The position numbers and the translations under genes were made by a program. DNA of 64,000 nucleotides from Nitrosopumilus sp. (lineage in GTDB: Archaea; Thermoproteota; Nitrososphaeria; Nitrososphaerales; Nitrosopumilaceae). The notes beneath the pieces are model-generated. The model did no database searches, had not been told where the DNA came from, and was given only the letters and a program-made list of their open reading frames with translations. The stretch covers positions 4,917 to 68,916 of the forward strand of contig REGH01000002.1 of the NCBI GenBank assembly GCA_003702495.1, written 5' to 3'. Below are positions 39,371-49,089 of this stretch, one piece after another (within the stretch, counting starts at the first letter, position 1; each line of letters starts with the position of its first letter).

Positions 39371-39586
39371 TTACTGTAATTCTTTTTTATCAATACCACT
39401 GGTTTCAATGTCATATCGTAGTGGTGCTGGAAGTTCCATGTACTTTTTGTTTACTAAATCAATGATTTGGTCTTCAGGAACGTTTACTCTTTTCAACAAC
39501 TTTCCACGTTGATGGGCATAAGCATTTTTCCAAAAGCCTACACCATCAAAGGTTCCTATTTTTGGCATGTATTTCGAGGGTTTCAT
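39371..39586 (-). CDS. Hypothetical protein
   Basis: Same strand as, and adjacent to, the tRNA-binding gene; start may be ATG 39568. Confidence 0.65.
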   Translation of the reverse strand: MKPSKYMPKIGTFDGVGFWKNAYAHQRGKLLKRVNVPEDQIIDLVNKKYMELPAPLRYDIETSGIDKKELQ

Positions 39587-39609
39587 TTTCTTTCATAGAT
39601 TAATTGACT

Positions 39610-39732
39610 GTGACGGAAGAATGGCAAATGCCATTAGAACTGGAGTTACTGTTCTGGATTTTAGGCATGTTGCCCATCACAGTCTATTTGCAAAGGGTTT
39701 GGAATCTAATATATTTAATGCGGAAGGATTAG
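39610..39732 (+). CDS. Putative 40-aa single-TM micro-protein
   Basis: GTG-started MTEEWQMPLELELLFWILGMLPITVYLQRVWNLIYLMRKD; stop abuts the SRPBCC gene. Confidence 0.4.
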   Translation: MTEEWQMPLELELLFWILGMLPITVYLQRVWNLIYLMRKD

Positions 39733-39741
39733 TTGTATCGC

Positions 39742-40158
39742 ATGACTACAATAGAAGTCAAAGTCAAAATCAATGCACCAATAGAAAAAGTGTGGAAAGT
39801 AGTTTCAGATATTGATAACGAACCAAGGTTTTGGAAGGGAACAAAAGAAGTTAGAAACATTTCAAAAAATGAAAATACCATTGAAAGGGAGATTACTATT
39901 GCATTTCGAGATCAAAAATGTATACAAGAAGTTACCCTAGATCCAATGAAACAGATTCATGCAAAATTTACTAAAGGAATAATCAATGGTGAAAAAATAA
40001 TGTCATTGATTCCAGAAGGAGATAGAACCACACTTCAAACACAATGGGATATGAAATTAACCGGGATGATGGGAATGTTCACAAGTATGATAAAAAATCA
40101 TATAAAAAGTGGTACTGAACAAGCCATGCAAAAAATCAAAGAAGAGATAGAGAGATAG
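39742..40158 (+). CDS. SRPBCC / polyketide-cyclase-like (START-fold) protein
   Basis: VKINAPIEKVWKVVSD...PRFW, C-terminal amphipathic helix. Confidence 0.85.
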   Translation: MTTIEVKVKINAPIEKVWKVVSDIDNEPRFWKGTKEVRNISKNENTIEREITIAFRDQKCIQEVTLDPMKQIHAKFTKGIINGEKIMSLIPEGDRTTLQTQWDMKLTGMMGMFTSMIKNHIKSGTEQAMQKIKEEIER

Positions 40159-40161
40159 TTT

Positions 40162-41370
40162 ATGGACATAGCATTTGATGTTTTGAATTATTCATTATCA
40201 GCAATTCTAATTGGGATAAGTGGCGCATGGGTGTTTTTGATAAAAACAATGGTGGATTCATTTAGATTTACACCATATTTAGACAGATTTGAAAATACAA
40301 CAAAGACATTCCCCAAAGTGTCAATTATCTTACCTGCAAGAAATGAAGAAGAGTTTCTTGGAAAATGTTTGGATTCTTTAATTCATCAAGATTACAAAGA
40401 TTATGAAATCATAGTAATTGATGATTCATCCGAAGATTCTACTGGAAAAATAATTTCAGAATATGCAAAAAAAAATTCCAAAGTCATTCATGTTTCAGCA
40501 AGAGAAAAACCCGATGGATGGATGGGCAAAAATTGGGCATGCATGGAGGGATATAGAAAAGCAACAGGAGAGTTGTTACTATTTACAGACGCAGATACTA
40601 CACATAAACCAAATGTAATTTCACTAGCAGTCTCACATCTATTATCATTTGAGCTAGATGCACTATCAACAATACCAAAAATGCTCACATTTGACTTTTG
40701 GACAAAAATTACACTGCCAATGATTTCAACATTTTTGCATACAAGATTTTCGGCACTAAATGTTAACAATCCTGCAAAAAAAACAGGTTACTTTTTTGGT
40801 AGTTTTTTTATTTTAAAGAAAAGCACTTACGAACAAGTAGGCATGCATGAAGGAGTCAAGCATGAGATAATCGAAGATGGGGCACTAGGGAAAAAAGTAA
40901 AGGAATCAGGTTTCAAGATGAAGATGGTAAGAGGAGAACATCTAGTTGAAGCAATTTGGGCAAGAGACAAAATTACGCTTTGGAACGCACTAAAAAGATT
41001 GATGGTGCCTTTGTATCTTCAAAGTGGAAAAATTGCCATAGGGATTTTCTTTGCAGTATTGTTTTTGCTTTTTGTACCATTTCCAATTTTTGCAACATCA
41101 GTTTTACTTTCATCAGAAACATTATCATCGATGATTCTTTGTGTCACAGCATTTGTAGCATCGCTGTTAATTTACATTGGAGCGGTAATTGAAGCCAAAA
41201 TAGGATTGGAATTAAGATTTGTTCATGCTTTGTTTGCACCATTGGGAAGTCTTGTTGTAGTTTTAGGATTTTTGAGTGGATTACTACAAGCTAAAAAGAC
41301 ATCATCAGTAACATGGAGAGGAAGGAGTTATTCTATGAAAGATCACTCTCAAAGTTCAATTAGCATATAG
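40162..41370 (+). CDS. Membrane glycosyltransferase family 2
   Basis: SIILPARNEE, IDDSSED, GWMGKNWA, FTDAD, EDGALG. Confidence 0.9.
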   Translation: MDIAFDVLNYSLSAILIGISGAWVFLIKTMVDSFRFTPYLDRFENTTKTFPKVSIILPARNEEEFLGKCLDSLIHQDYKDYEIIVIDDSSEDSTGKIISEYAKKNSKVIHVSAREKPDGWMGKNWACMEGYRKATGELLLFTDADTTHKPNVISLAVSHLLSFELDALSTIPKMLTFDFWTKITLPMISTFLHTRFSALNVNNPAKKTGYFFGSFFILKKSTYEQVGMHEGVKHEIIEDGALGKKVKESGFKMKMVRGEHLVEAIWARDKITLWNALKRLMVPLYLQSGKIAIGIFFAVLFLLFVPFPIFATSVLLSSETLSSMILCVTAFVASLLIYIGAVIEAKIGLELRFVHALFAPLGSLVVVLGFLSGLLQAKKTSSVTWRGRSYSMKDHSQSSISI

Positions 41371-41408
41371 CAAGCCTTTTAGATGTAAAATAGAGAATTA
41401 ATAATCTC

Positions 41409-42542
41409 ATGGATAAATCAGGAGTGTTTGTGGGAGGAGTAATAGGAGCGGCAATTGCAATAGGGGTTTTTGCAGTATTGCTTGTATCACCACCTGAATC
41501 AATAAAACCAGAAATTATAGTGAGTAATGGTCACGGTCCAAGCACCGTTGGCGAAACCACACCACTTTATTCAAAAAGCTTGTCGTTAATTGAGATATTT
41601 GAAAAATCAGAGCCAGGAGTTGTCAGAGTAAATATACAAAGAGGAGAGGTTTCAGAGACAGGAGGAGTTGGTTCAGGTTTTGTGTTTGATAAGCAAGGTC
41701 ACATCATTACAAATGAACACGTAATTGATGATGCACAAAAAGTAGTCATTACATTTCTAGATGGTAGATCATACAATGCAGAAATTATTGGAACAGATGA
41801 ATTCACAGATCTTGCAGTTATCAAAGTAAATGCAGATTTAGCATTATTGAATCCATTAACCATTGGAGATTCATCCAATCTCAAAGTAGGAGAGCAAATT
41901 GCGGCAATTGGAAACCCGTTTGGATTATCAGGATCTATGACATCAGGTATAGTTAGTCAGTTAGGTCGATTACTTCCATCAGGTTCTGGGTATTCAATCC
42001 CAGATGTAATTCAAACAGATGCAGCCATCAATCCAGGAAATTCTGGAGGCCCACTATTGAACATGAGAGGAGAGATAGTTGGAATTAATACGGCAATTCA
42101 ATCTGCAACAGGTGAATTTACAGGGGTGGGATTTGCAATTCCATCACAAACAGTTGCAAAAATTGTTCCTACATTAATTGAAGACGGAGAATACAAACAT
42201 CCATGGATTGGAATTTCTGGAAGAGATATTGATCCGGACTTGGCCAAAGTGTTAGAATTACAAGACGCAGTTGGATTTTTGGTTGTGACAGTAATAGAAA
42301 ATAGTCCAGCATCAAAAGCAGGATTGATTGGTTCAGATAAAACAATAGATGTTGATGGAGTAAACTATCCAATGGGTGGGGATATTATTTTATCAGTAGA
42401 TGGAATCGAAGTAAGAAAAATTGACGATATTTTGATTCATCTTCAAAGAGCAAAATCTGTAGGAGATGAGATGGTTCTAGAAGTTCTAAGAGATGGTAGA
42501 ACTACAAACATTGCAATTATTCTCCAAGAAAGACCAAATTAA
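41409..42542 (+). CDS. HtrA/DegP-like serine protease with PDZ domain
   Basis: GSGFV, TNEHV, DLAVI, QTDAAINPGNSGGP, PWIG PDZ. Confidence 0.95.
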   Translation: MDKSGVFVGGVIGAAIAIGVFAVLLVSPPESIKPEIIVSNGHGPSTVGETTPLYSKSLSLIEIFEKSEPGVVRVNIQRGEVSETGGVGSGFVFDKQGHIITNEHVIDDAQKVVITFLDGRSYNAEIIGTDEFTDLAVIKVNADLALLNPLTIGDSSNLKVGEQIAAIGNPFGLSGSMTSGIVSQLGRLLPSGSGYSIPDVIQTDAAINPGNSGGPLLNMRGEIVGINTAIQSATGEFTGVGFAIPSQTVAKIVPTLIEDGEYKHPWIGISGRDIDPDLAKVLELQDAVGFLVVTVIENSPASKAGLIGSDKTIDVDGVNYPMGGDIILSVDGIEVRKIDDILIHLQRAKSVGDEMVLEVLRDGRTTNIAIILQERPN

Positions 42543-42600
42543 AATTATTTTTGAAAAAAATCTAATTACAAAATTGAGATTAAAATGAAATTTAAAAATT

Positions 42601-43185
42601 TCAATAAGATGTTTCTTTAGATTCTATATCAAAGAAATTGATGTCAGTCATCATAATATGATTCATCTCATCAAGTACTTTTTGTATGACTTCAGTTTTT
42701 GATGTGAAAAATCCTTTAAACCAATCACCTTTTTCAACACCGCCAATATCTTCAGCGACCAATCCAAATAGACCTCCATTATATTTTGATATTACAATCC
42801 AGGTGTCTTGAAGTGTTGTTCCTGCACATGTCAAAATCTCACCATTACTTGGAGTTTCTGGTGCAAAGAAAGGGTTTTCGAATCCACCAATGACCCAAGT
42901 CTTTGGTGTGTTTTCAATAATTTTGTAATATCTTTTTTCAACATATTTGTAAAGGTGTTCTGTTTCAAATACAGCAACTAGTGGTTCATATGCACGCTGT
43001 GCATGATCTTCAATCATCATACTTAATCGGTACAAATCAGTTCTTTTGACTTTGTCATAATTCATGTAATCAACATTAATGTGATCCAAAAGAGTGTTGA
43101 ACTTGTCATAATCAGTAATGTCAACTAGTGGACTATCACGAAGTTCTGGAAATTGATTGGTAACACTCTCTAGAAATTTAACCAT
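42601..43185 (-). CDS. Stand-alone DICT-like sensory domain protein (tentative)
   Basis: LSMMIEDHA, VAVFE, RYY, WVIG, TWIVI, GLVAED, FKGFFT pattern recalls the DICT consensus. Confidence 0.6.
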   Translation of the reverse strand: MVKFLESVTNQFPELRDSPLVDITDYDKFNTLLDHINVDYMNYDKVKRTDLYRLSMMIEDHAQRAYEPLVAVFETEHLYKYVEKRYYKIIENTPKTWVIGGFENPFFAPETPSNGEILTCAGTTLQDTWIVISKYNGGLFGLVAEDIGGVEKGDWFKGFFTSKTEVIQKVLDEMNHIMMTDINFFDIESKETSY

Positions 43186-43201
43186 GTCATCGCTCCATAT
43201 T

Positions 43202-43561
43202 CTAATTGTGTCTAGGTGTGGCTTTACCAGTGATTTTGACTATGTCTGGATCAGTTGCAATTTTTTCAATATGTCTTACACCCATTAAACCAGAGAAGAT
43301 AACTCCATCACCCCATTTGTTGGTTGTAATTTCAATTGGGTACTTGTCACGACCCTCCTCCTGCTTTTGATGTAGATCCGTTCCTTGCTTGTAGGTAATA
43401 GTGAGATTCACGTGTGGAATATCTGGACCTACAAATCGTTTGAGATTCAATTCAAACAGCAATACACGAATTAATAGTTCTGGATCGATTGTTGGGTGAC
43501 TATTCATCACATTGTTTAAGAAAACACGAAAGTGATCATTAATTGATACTTTTTGACTCAT
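43202..43561 (-). CDS. Hypothetical protein (119 aa)
   Basis: ATG start, 16-nt gap to the DICT-like gene on the same strand. Confidence 0.7.
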   Translation of the reverse strand: MSQKVSINDHFRVFLNNVMNSHPTIDPELLIRVLLFELNLKRFVGPDIPHVNLTITYKQGTDLHQKQEEGRDKYPIEITTNKWGDGVIFSGLMGVRHIEKIATDPDIVKITGKATPRHN

Positions 43562-43702
43562 AGGGATTATTGATCAAAAAGACATTTAAATTTATCAGTA
43601 GGCCGGTTTTGTTGGCACTATCAGACTTTTTTCCAATTAAGACAGTTTTCCTAAAGTAAACATCCACACAAGCATAAATACTGCCCATCTTGAATTCTTC
43701 TG

Positions 43703-44872
43703 TTGAACAATCTTGTATTTGATTCTGAGAGTTTAAACCACATTTTAGAAGGCAAAAATGTTTCAAATCAAGAAATTATCGAAATTTATCATAATGCCAT
43801 AACAGACCCAAACGAACTTTTCTCAACAGCACAAATTCTAAGAAAAAAGCACAAAGGAAATTCAGTGACATTTTCAAAAAAAGCATTTTTCAACATAGTC
43901 AATCTCTGTAAAGATAGTTGTTCATACTGCACATACAAAGCAGAACCAGGAGAAGAAAAACTATCATTAATGTCTAAACAACAAATCACAGAATTATTAG
44001 AACTTGCAAAAAAATACAGATGTGTTGAAGCATTATTTGTAACAGGAGAACAACCTGAGCAAAGATATCAAGAAGCAAGTGATTGGTTAAAAGAAAATGG
44101 ATTTACATCAACATCAGAATATCTAATCCATGCATCAGAAATTGCGTTAGAAAAAGGACTATTCCCCCACACTAATGCAGGAAATTTAAATTTTGAAGAG
44201 ATGAAGGAATTAAAGAAAACAAATGTTTCTATGGGTTTGATGCTTGAAAACATTAGTGAAAGATTAACAGAAAAAGGAATGCCTCATTATTTAGCAGGAA
44301 GTAAGAGACCAAAAGCAAGATTAGAAATTTTAGAAAATTCAGGAAAATTGAAAATTCCAATGACCACAGGTATTCTTGTTGGAATTGGAGAAACCATAGA
44401 AGAAATTATTGATTCGTTATTGGCCATCAGAGATTTACATGAGAAATATGGAAACATTCAGGAAGTGATTTTACAAAATTTCCAACCAAAGTCAGATACG
44501 AGAATGAAGGACGAACCATCTGCTGATGAAAAATACTTCAAAACAATTGTTGCACTTTCTAGAATTATGATGCCAGAGATGAACATACAGATTCCACCTA
44601 ATCTATCGCCAAAATCATACCAGAGTTTCCTGTCAGTAGGAATTAATGATTGGGGAGGAATTTCACCGCTAACACCTGATTTTGTCAATCCAGAGTTTTC
44701 TTGGCCAGAAATAGACAAAGTAGATGAGAATTCAAAGAATGCAGAATTTGATTTAAAATGCAGATTTCCAATATATCCAGAATTCTTTTCTTTTATTAGT
44801 AAAGAGCTTCAAGATAAAATGGAAGATATTCAAAATGAGGAAGGATTAGTAAAGGAGGAGTATTGGAGATGA
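43703..44872 (+). CDS. cofG: FO synthase subunit CofG (radical SAM)
   Basis: TFSKKAF, CKDSCSYC, EALFVTGE, PHTNAG, TTGILVGIGE, IQIPPNL, DWGGISP. Confidence 0.95.
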   Translation: MNNLVFDSESLNHILEGKNVSNQEIIEIYHNAITDPNELFSTAQILRKKHKGNSVTFSKKAFFNIVNLCKDSCSYCTYKAEPGEEKLSLMSKQQITELLELAKKYRCVEALFVTGEQPEQRYQEASDWLKENGFTSTSEYLIHASEIALEKGLFPHTNAGNLNFEEMKELKKTNVSMGLMLENISERLTEKGMPHYLAGSKRPKARLEILENSGKLKIPMTTGILVGIGETIEEIIDSLLAIRDLHEKYGNIQEVILQNFQPKSDTRMKDEPSADEKYFKTIVALSRIMMPEMNIQIPPNLSPKSYQSFLSVGINDWGGISPLTPDFVNPEFSWPEIDKVDENSKNAEFDLKCRFPIYPEFFSFISKELQDKMEDIQNEEGLVKEEYWR

Positions 44873-46128
44873 CACTAAACATTGATGTATTATTCAAAAA
44901 TATCGATCCCGTAGTATCAGAAATTCTAAACCGAGCACTTTCTGAAAAAGAAATTACAGCAAAGGAAGGATTAGAACTGTATGACACATCAGGAATTGAT
45001 TTCCATCTAGTGGGTTTAGTTGCAGATGAGCTAAGGAGAAGAAGAGTGGGAGATATTGTATCCTACGTGGTAAATAGAAACATCAATTTTACAAATGTCT
45101 GCATTAAGCAATGTGGTTTTTGTGCATTTAGCAGAGACTTTAGGGAGGAAGAAGGGTATTTTCTTCCAACTGAAGAGATTGTACGTAGAACAAAAGAAGC
45201 ACATCAATTAGGTGCAACAGAAGTCTGTGTTCAAGCAGGTCTTCCACCAGACATGGAAGGAGACGTTTATGAAAATATTTGTCGAGAGATCAAAAAAGAA
45301 GTTCCAGATATACATATTCACGGATTTTCACCTGAAGAAATTCTATACGGTGCAACACGTTCAGGAGTTGATATTGAGGAATTTCTCAAGAGAATGAAAG
45401 AAGCAGGAGTAGACACACTTCCAGGAACCTCAGCAGAAATTTTAGATCAAGAGCTCAGAGACAAAATTTCACCAGGAAGAATAAGCGTAAAAGATTGGGA
45501 AAGGGTAATCAAAAATGCTCATAAAATGGGAATAAACACAACATCAACTATGATGTTTGGACACTTGGAATCTCATGAAGACCGAGTGAAACACATTGAG
45601 AAATTAAGAGATATTCAAAAGGAGACAGGAGGATTTACAGAATTTGTTCCACTAAACTTTATCCATACTGAAGCACCAATGTACAAGCATCAACTACATG
45701 AAGGAATCAAGCAAGGAGGCAGTGGCAATGATGTTTTACTAACTCACGCAATTGCAAGAATAATGCTGAATAATCACATCAACAATATTCAGATGTCATG
45801 GGTAAAAGAAGGACAAAAAATGTCTCAATTGTTGTTGATGTGGGGAGCAAATGACTTTGGTGGAACTCTGATAAATGAAAGTATATCAACTTCTGCAGGT
45901 TCAGAACATGGGCAATTATTAAAACCAAAAGAAATTAGACGGATGGTAAAGGAAATTAAAAGAATTCCAGCAGAAAGAAACACGAAATACGAAATATTGA
46001 AAAAATTTGAGGATGATTCAGAACCTGAGGATGAGTTAGATAAGGTTACTAATACATCACAGTTTGGATCATATACCGAATTGATTAAAATTAATAAATT
46101 CAAGTATGAAAATCCAAGGAGAAAATAA
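44863..46128 (+). CDS. cofH: FO synthase subunit CofH (radical SAM)
   Basis: VVNRNINFTNVCIKQCGFCAF, PGTSAEIL, TMMFGH, NIQMSWVK, GANDFGGTLINE. Confidence 0.95.
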   Translation: MEMTLNIDVLFKNIDPVVSEILNRALSEKEITAKEGLELYDTSGIDFHLVGLVADELRRRRVGDIVSYVVNRNINFTNVCIKQCGFCAFSRDFREEEGYFLPTEEIVRRTKEAHQLGATEVCVQAGLPPDMEGDVYENICREIKKEVPDIHIHGFSPEEILYGATRSGVDIEEFLKRMKEAGVDTLPGTSAEILDQELRDKISPGRISVKDWERVIKNAHKMGINTTSTMMFGHLESHEDRVKHIEKLRDIQKETGGFTEFVPLNFIHTEAPMYKHQLHEGIKQGGSGNDVLLTHAIARIMLNNHINNIQMSWVKEGQKMSQLLLMWGANDFGGTLINESISTSAGSEHGQLLKPKEIRRMVKEIKRIPAERNTKYEILKKFEDDSEPEDELDKVTNTSQFGSYTELIKINKFKYENPRRK

Positions 46129-47487
46129 TTGTCTGCCTTAGAAAAGGCATTACAACATTCAAAGAAAAAACAAATTGATGAATGTGAAATAGTTTCGGTT
46201 AAAAAAAACATTACAACAATTAGAATTACGGATTCAGAAATTGCAGAAATTAAACAGAACTTTGATGAGAGTTACGGAATTAGAATAATTCATGATAAAA
46301 AAATTGCGTCAATTCAAACTACAAAACAGGAGAACATTGAAGATTCAGTAGAGTCAGCATTTTCGACAATTCCAAATCTCAAACCAAGAGAATTCTGGCA
46401 GGGATTACCCACAACCACACACAGTACAAACATGGAAGGGACTTTTGATGAAAAGTTAGAGAAAATATCAGGCTCAGAAATGATGGATATCGCACAATCC
46501 ATGATAAATTCAGCAAATTCTGATAAAATCAATACGATTACCGGTTCATTAAACATAGTTTCAGAGTTGTTTGAACTTGAAAATTCCAATGGATTGTCAT
46601 TTTTTGATAAATCAACGTATATTTCTGGAATCATCAATGCAGAATCCGAACAAGGTGTTTTACCAGTATCAGGCATTGGTCATGCAAGCGGTAGAACTCT
46701 GGAAAACTTTTCGCCTGAACAAATTGGCAAAGATGCTAAAAAGATGTGTATTGAGTCAGTAAATCCTAAAAAAATTGATTCAGATACTTATGATATTATT
46801 TTTGAACCATATTCTGTAGGAGAATTATTAGCATTTGTAGTATCATCAAATTTTAATTTTAAGACGGTTACAGAAAAGAAGAGTTGTTTTTCAAATAATT
46901 TTGATGAAGAGATTGCAGTTAGTAATTTCAATTTAACAGATGATCCTCATATTGCAGAAGGAGTGGGAACAAAAGTAGTTGATGACGAAGGAGTGAGAAC
47001 GCAGAAAAACAATTTGATCGAAAAGGGGGTTTTTAAAAATACATTTTCAAATCTTTATGATAGCTACAAAGAAAACAAAAAATCATCAGGAAATGGTTCT
47101 AGAATTGGATCCCCAATGGGTAGAAGTTCGGAGCCGATAACAATTGCTATGCCGCATAATCTGAAGATTGATTCAGGAAAATCCTCACAGGAAGATATGA
47201 TCAAAGACACAAAACATGGAATTTTAGTTGGCAGATTATGGTATACTTATGCAGTAAATCCAATCAAGGGTGATTTCTCATGCACTGCGAGGAGTGGAGT
47301 CAAAATTATTGAAAATGGGGAAATCAAAAGTCCTGGAAAATCAGTTAGAATAATCCACAACCTTCCAGCAATGTTAAAGAATGTTTCAGATATTGGGAAC
47401 AATCAGCAAAATGTTATCCAGTGGGCATCACTACCATCAATAACACCATCAATTAAGGCTGAAAACATCAAAGCAATATCCATCTAA
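46129..47487 (+). CDS. TldD/PmbA-family protein
   Basis: YGIRII, IIFEP, DDEGV, GDFS; PmbA-like architecture. Confidence 0.87.
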   Translation: MSALEKALQHSKKKQIDECEIVSVKKNITTIRITDSEIAEIKQNFDESYGIRIIHDKKIASIQTTKQENIEDSVESAFSTIPNLKPREFWQGLPTTTHSTNMEGTFDEKLEKISGSEMMDIAQSMINSANSDKINTITGSLNIVSELFELENSNGLSFFDKSTYISGIINAESEQGVLPVSGIGHASGRTLENFSPEQIGKDAKKMCIESVNPKKIDSDTYDIIFEPYSVGELLAFVVSSNFNFKTVTEKKSCFSNNFDEEIAVSNFNLTDDPHIAEGVGTKVVDDEGVRTQKNNLIEKGVFKNTFSNLYDSYKENKKSSGNGSRIGSPMGRSSEPITIAMPHNLKIDSGKSSQEDMIKDTKHGILVGRLWYTYAVNPIKGDFSCTARSGVKIIENGEIKSPGKSVRIIHNLPAMLKNVSDIGNNQQNVIQWASLPSITPSIKAENIKAISI

Positions 47488-47505
47488 ACAAATAGACATT
47501 GTAAA

Positions 47506-48441
47506 TCATTTGAAAAATGCCAATACCAGATATGCAACATACCCAATTGTTAAACATACACCCATGGTTTTGTTAATCACACCTGTTTTTAGACCAATTA
47601 GTAATGATAGGCTAAAGAGAATCATTATTGCATAATCAATATACACGTCAGATGAAATCATAACACCACCTAGAGCAGCACCAACCCCCATAATCATCAA
47701 TATGTTGTAGATGTTACTTCCGATGATATTTCCAACACCAATATCACTATGTCCTTTTCTAATTGCAATTATGGAAGTGATTAATTCTGGAAGTGACGTT
47801 CCAATTGCAATTACTGTCAAACCAATAATTTTTTCAGATAATCCAAATTCTTTTGCAAGAACCACAGCATTATCAACTGTCAAAATTGCACCAATATACA
47901 AAAGACCAATTCCAAGTCCAATCAGACCAATTGATTTAAGATATACATTATTGCCACCTTGTGGAGGATTCTCTTTGTTGTTTTGTCGTTGTTTAATTGC
48001 ATCTTTGAATGTATAGTATCCAAACACTCCCAATCCAACAAGTAACAATATTCCATCATAATGAGATAATTCGCCATCAATTGAAATTAAAATTAGTAAA
48101 ACAGAAACACCTAGCATGATAGGGATTTCTTTTCTCAATACAGATTTGTGAATAGTAAGTGGGACAAGGATTGCAGCAATACCAATCACCATACCAACAT
48201 TTGCAATATTACTTCCAATGATATTTCCCAAAATAATTGCACTGTGTTCTCCTGCAGCTGCAATGCTTGCAGCAAGTTCTGGAGTAGAAGTTCCATATGC
48301 CACAATAGTCATACCAATTACAAGATTACTAATACGAAATTTTTGTGCAATTGCAACACCTCCACTGACTAACCAATTACCACCAAAACAGAGCATTACT
48401 AATCCCACAACAGTGAGAACAGCACTGATTACGACTTCCAC
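47506..48441 (-). CDS. Calcium/sodium antiporter (CaCA, YrbG-like)
   Basis: Two alpha repeats GTSTPE...GSNIAN and GTSLPE...GSNIYN. Confidence 0.93.
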   Translation of the reverse strand: MEVVISAVLTVVGLVMLCFGGNWLVSGGVAIAQKFRISNLVIGMTIVAYGTSTPELAASIAAAGEHSAIILGNIIGSNIANVGMVIGIAAILVPLTIHKSVLRKEIPIMLGVSVLLILISIDGELSHYDGILLLVGLGVFGYYTFKDAIKQRQNNKENPPQGGNNVYLKSIGLIGLGIGLLYIGAILTVDNAVVLAKEFGLSEKIIGLTVIAIGTSLPELITSIIAIRKGHSDIGVGNIIGSNIYNILMIMGVGAALGGVMISSDVYIDYAIMILFSLSLLIGLKTGVINKTMGVCLTIGYVAYLVLAFFK

Positions 48442-48706
48442 AAGAAAGTTTCAGTTTTTAGGGGTTTAAATGGAGTCATTCACTAGAATTTTACAATTCA
48501 AGCAATTAGAGTTAATTTCTAATTCGTATAGCATAGTTAGGCACAAAAGGAGCCAAAAATGCATTTCAGTTCACTATTTAATAGTGAATTTACCATTGTC
48601 TAAGAAACTAACATGTTTTTGAGATGATATGATTTCTTTTGATTAAATACAATAGATTTTCTTTTCCAATTCATCATTCACAAGAATTATGATTCGGATG
48701 CCAAAA

Positions 48707-49078
48707 TTAATCAGCAGAGAGGTTAAGCTCAGAACGTACGGTATCAATGATTTTCAGATATTCTGCACGTGGCTCAGTACTGACTAAGAACAATTCACTA
48801 GAACTTATTGGAATAGTAATCATGGTGACTTTTTCATATTCTGTAATTGATGAAGTCTCATGTCCTATTCGGTATGCCAAGTTTGTATACAAATCTCGTT
48901 TTTGCAATGCATAGTGAATTGACATTTTGACATCATCTTCTGCAAGTAATTTATCAACATCCTCTTTTTGTCCCCCGGCAACCAATTCACCCTTATTGTT
49001 TGCAACACCAGCAAATCTTACTTGTGGATCTTTATCAAGAATTTTTTGAGTTAATTCGTTATAGTCAGTTGCCAACAA
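48707..49078 (-). CDS. Thaumarchaeal roadblock/profilin-like protein (DUF6659-like)
   Basis: DPQVRFAGVANNKGELVAGG motif; 11 nt downstream of amt. Confidence 0.7.
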   Translation of the reverse strand: MLATDYNELTQKILDKDPQVRFAGVANNKGELVAGGQKEDVDKLLAEDDVKMSIHYALQKRDLYTNLAYRIGHETSSITEYEKVTMITIPISSSELFLVSTEPRAEYLKIIDTVRSELNLSAD

Positions 49079-49089
49079 TTACACCAAAA

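Noticed and set aside
43539-43766. 75-aa minus-strand ORF upstream of cofG
   Set aside because: Overlaps both neighbours, no motif, lies in a divergent promoter region
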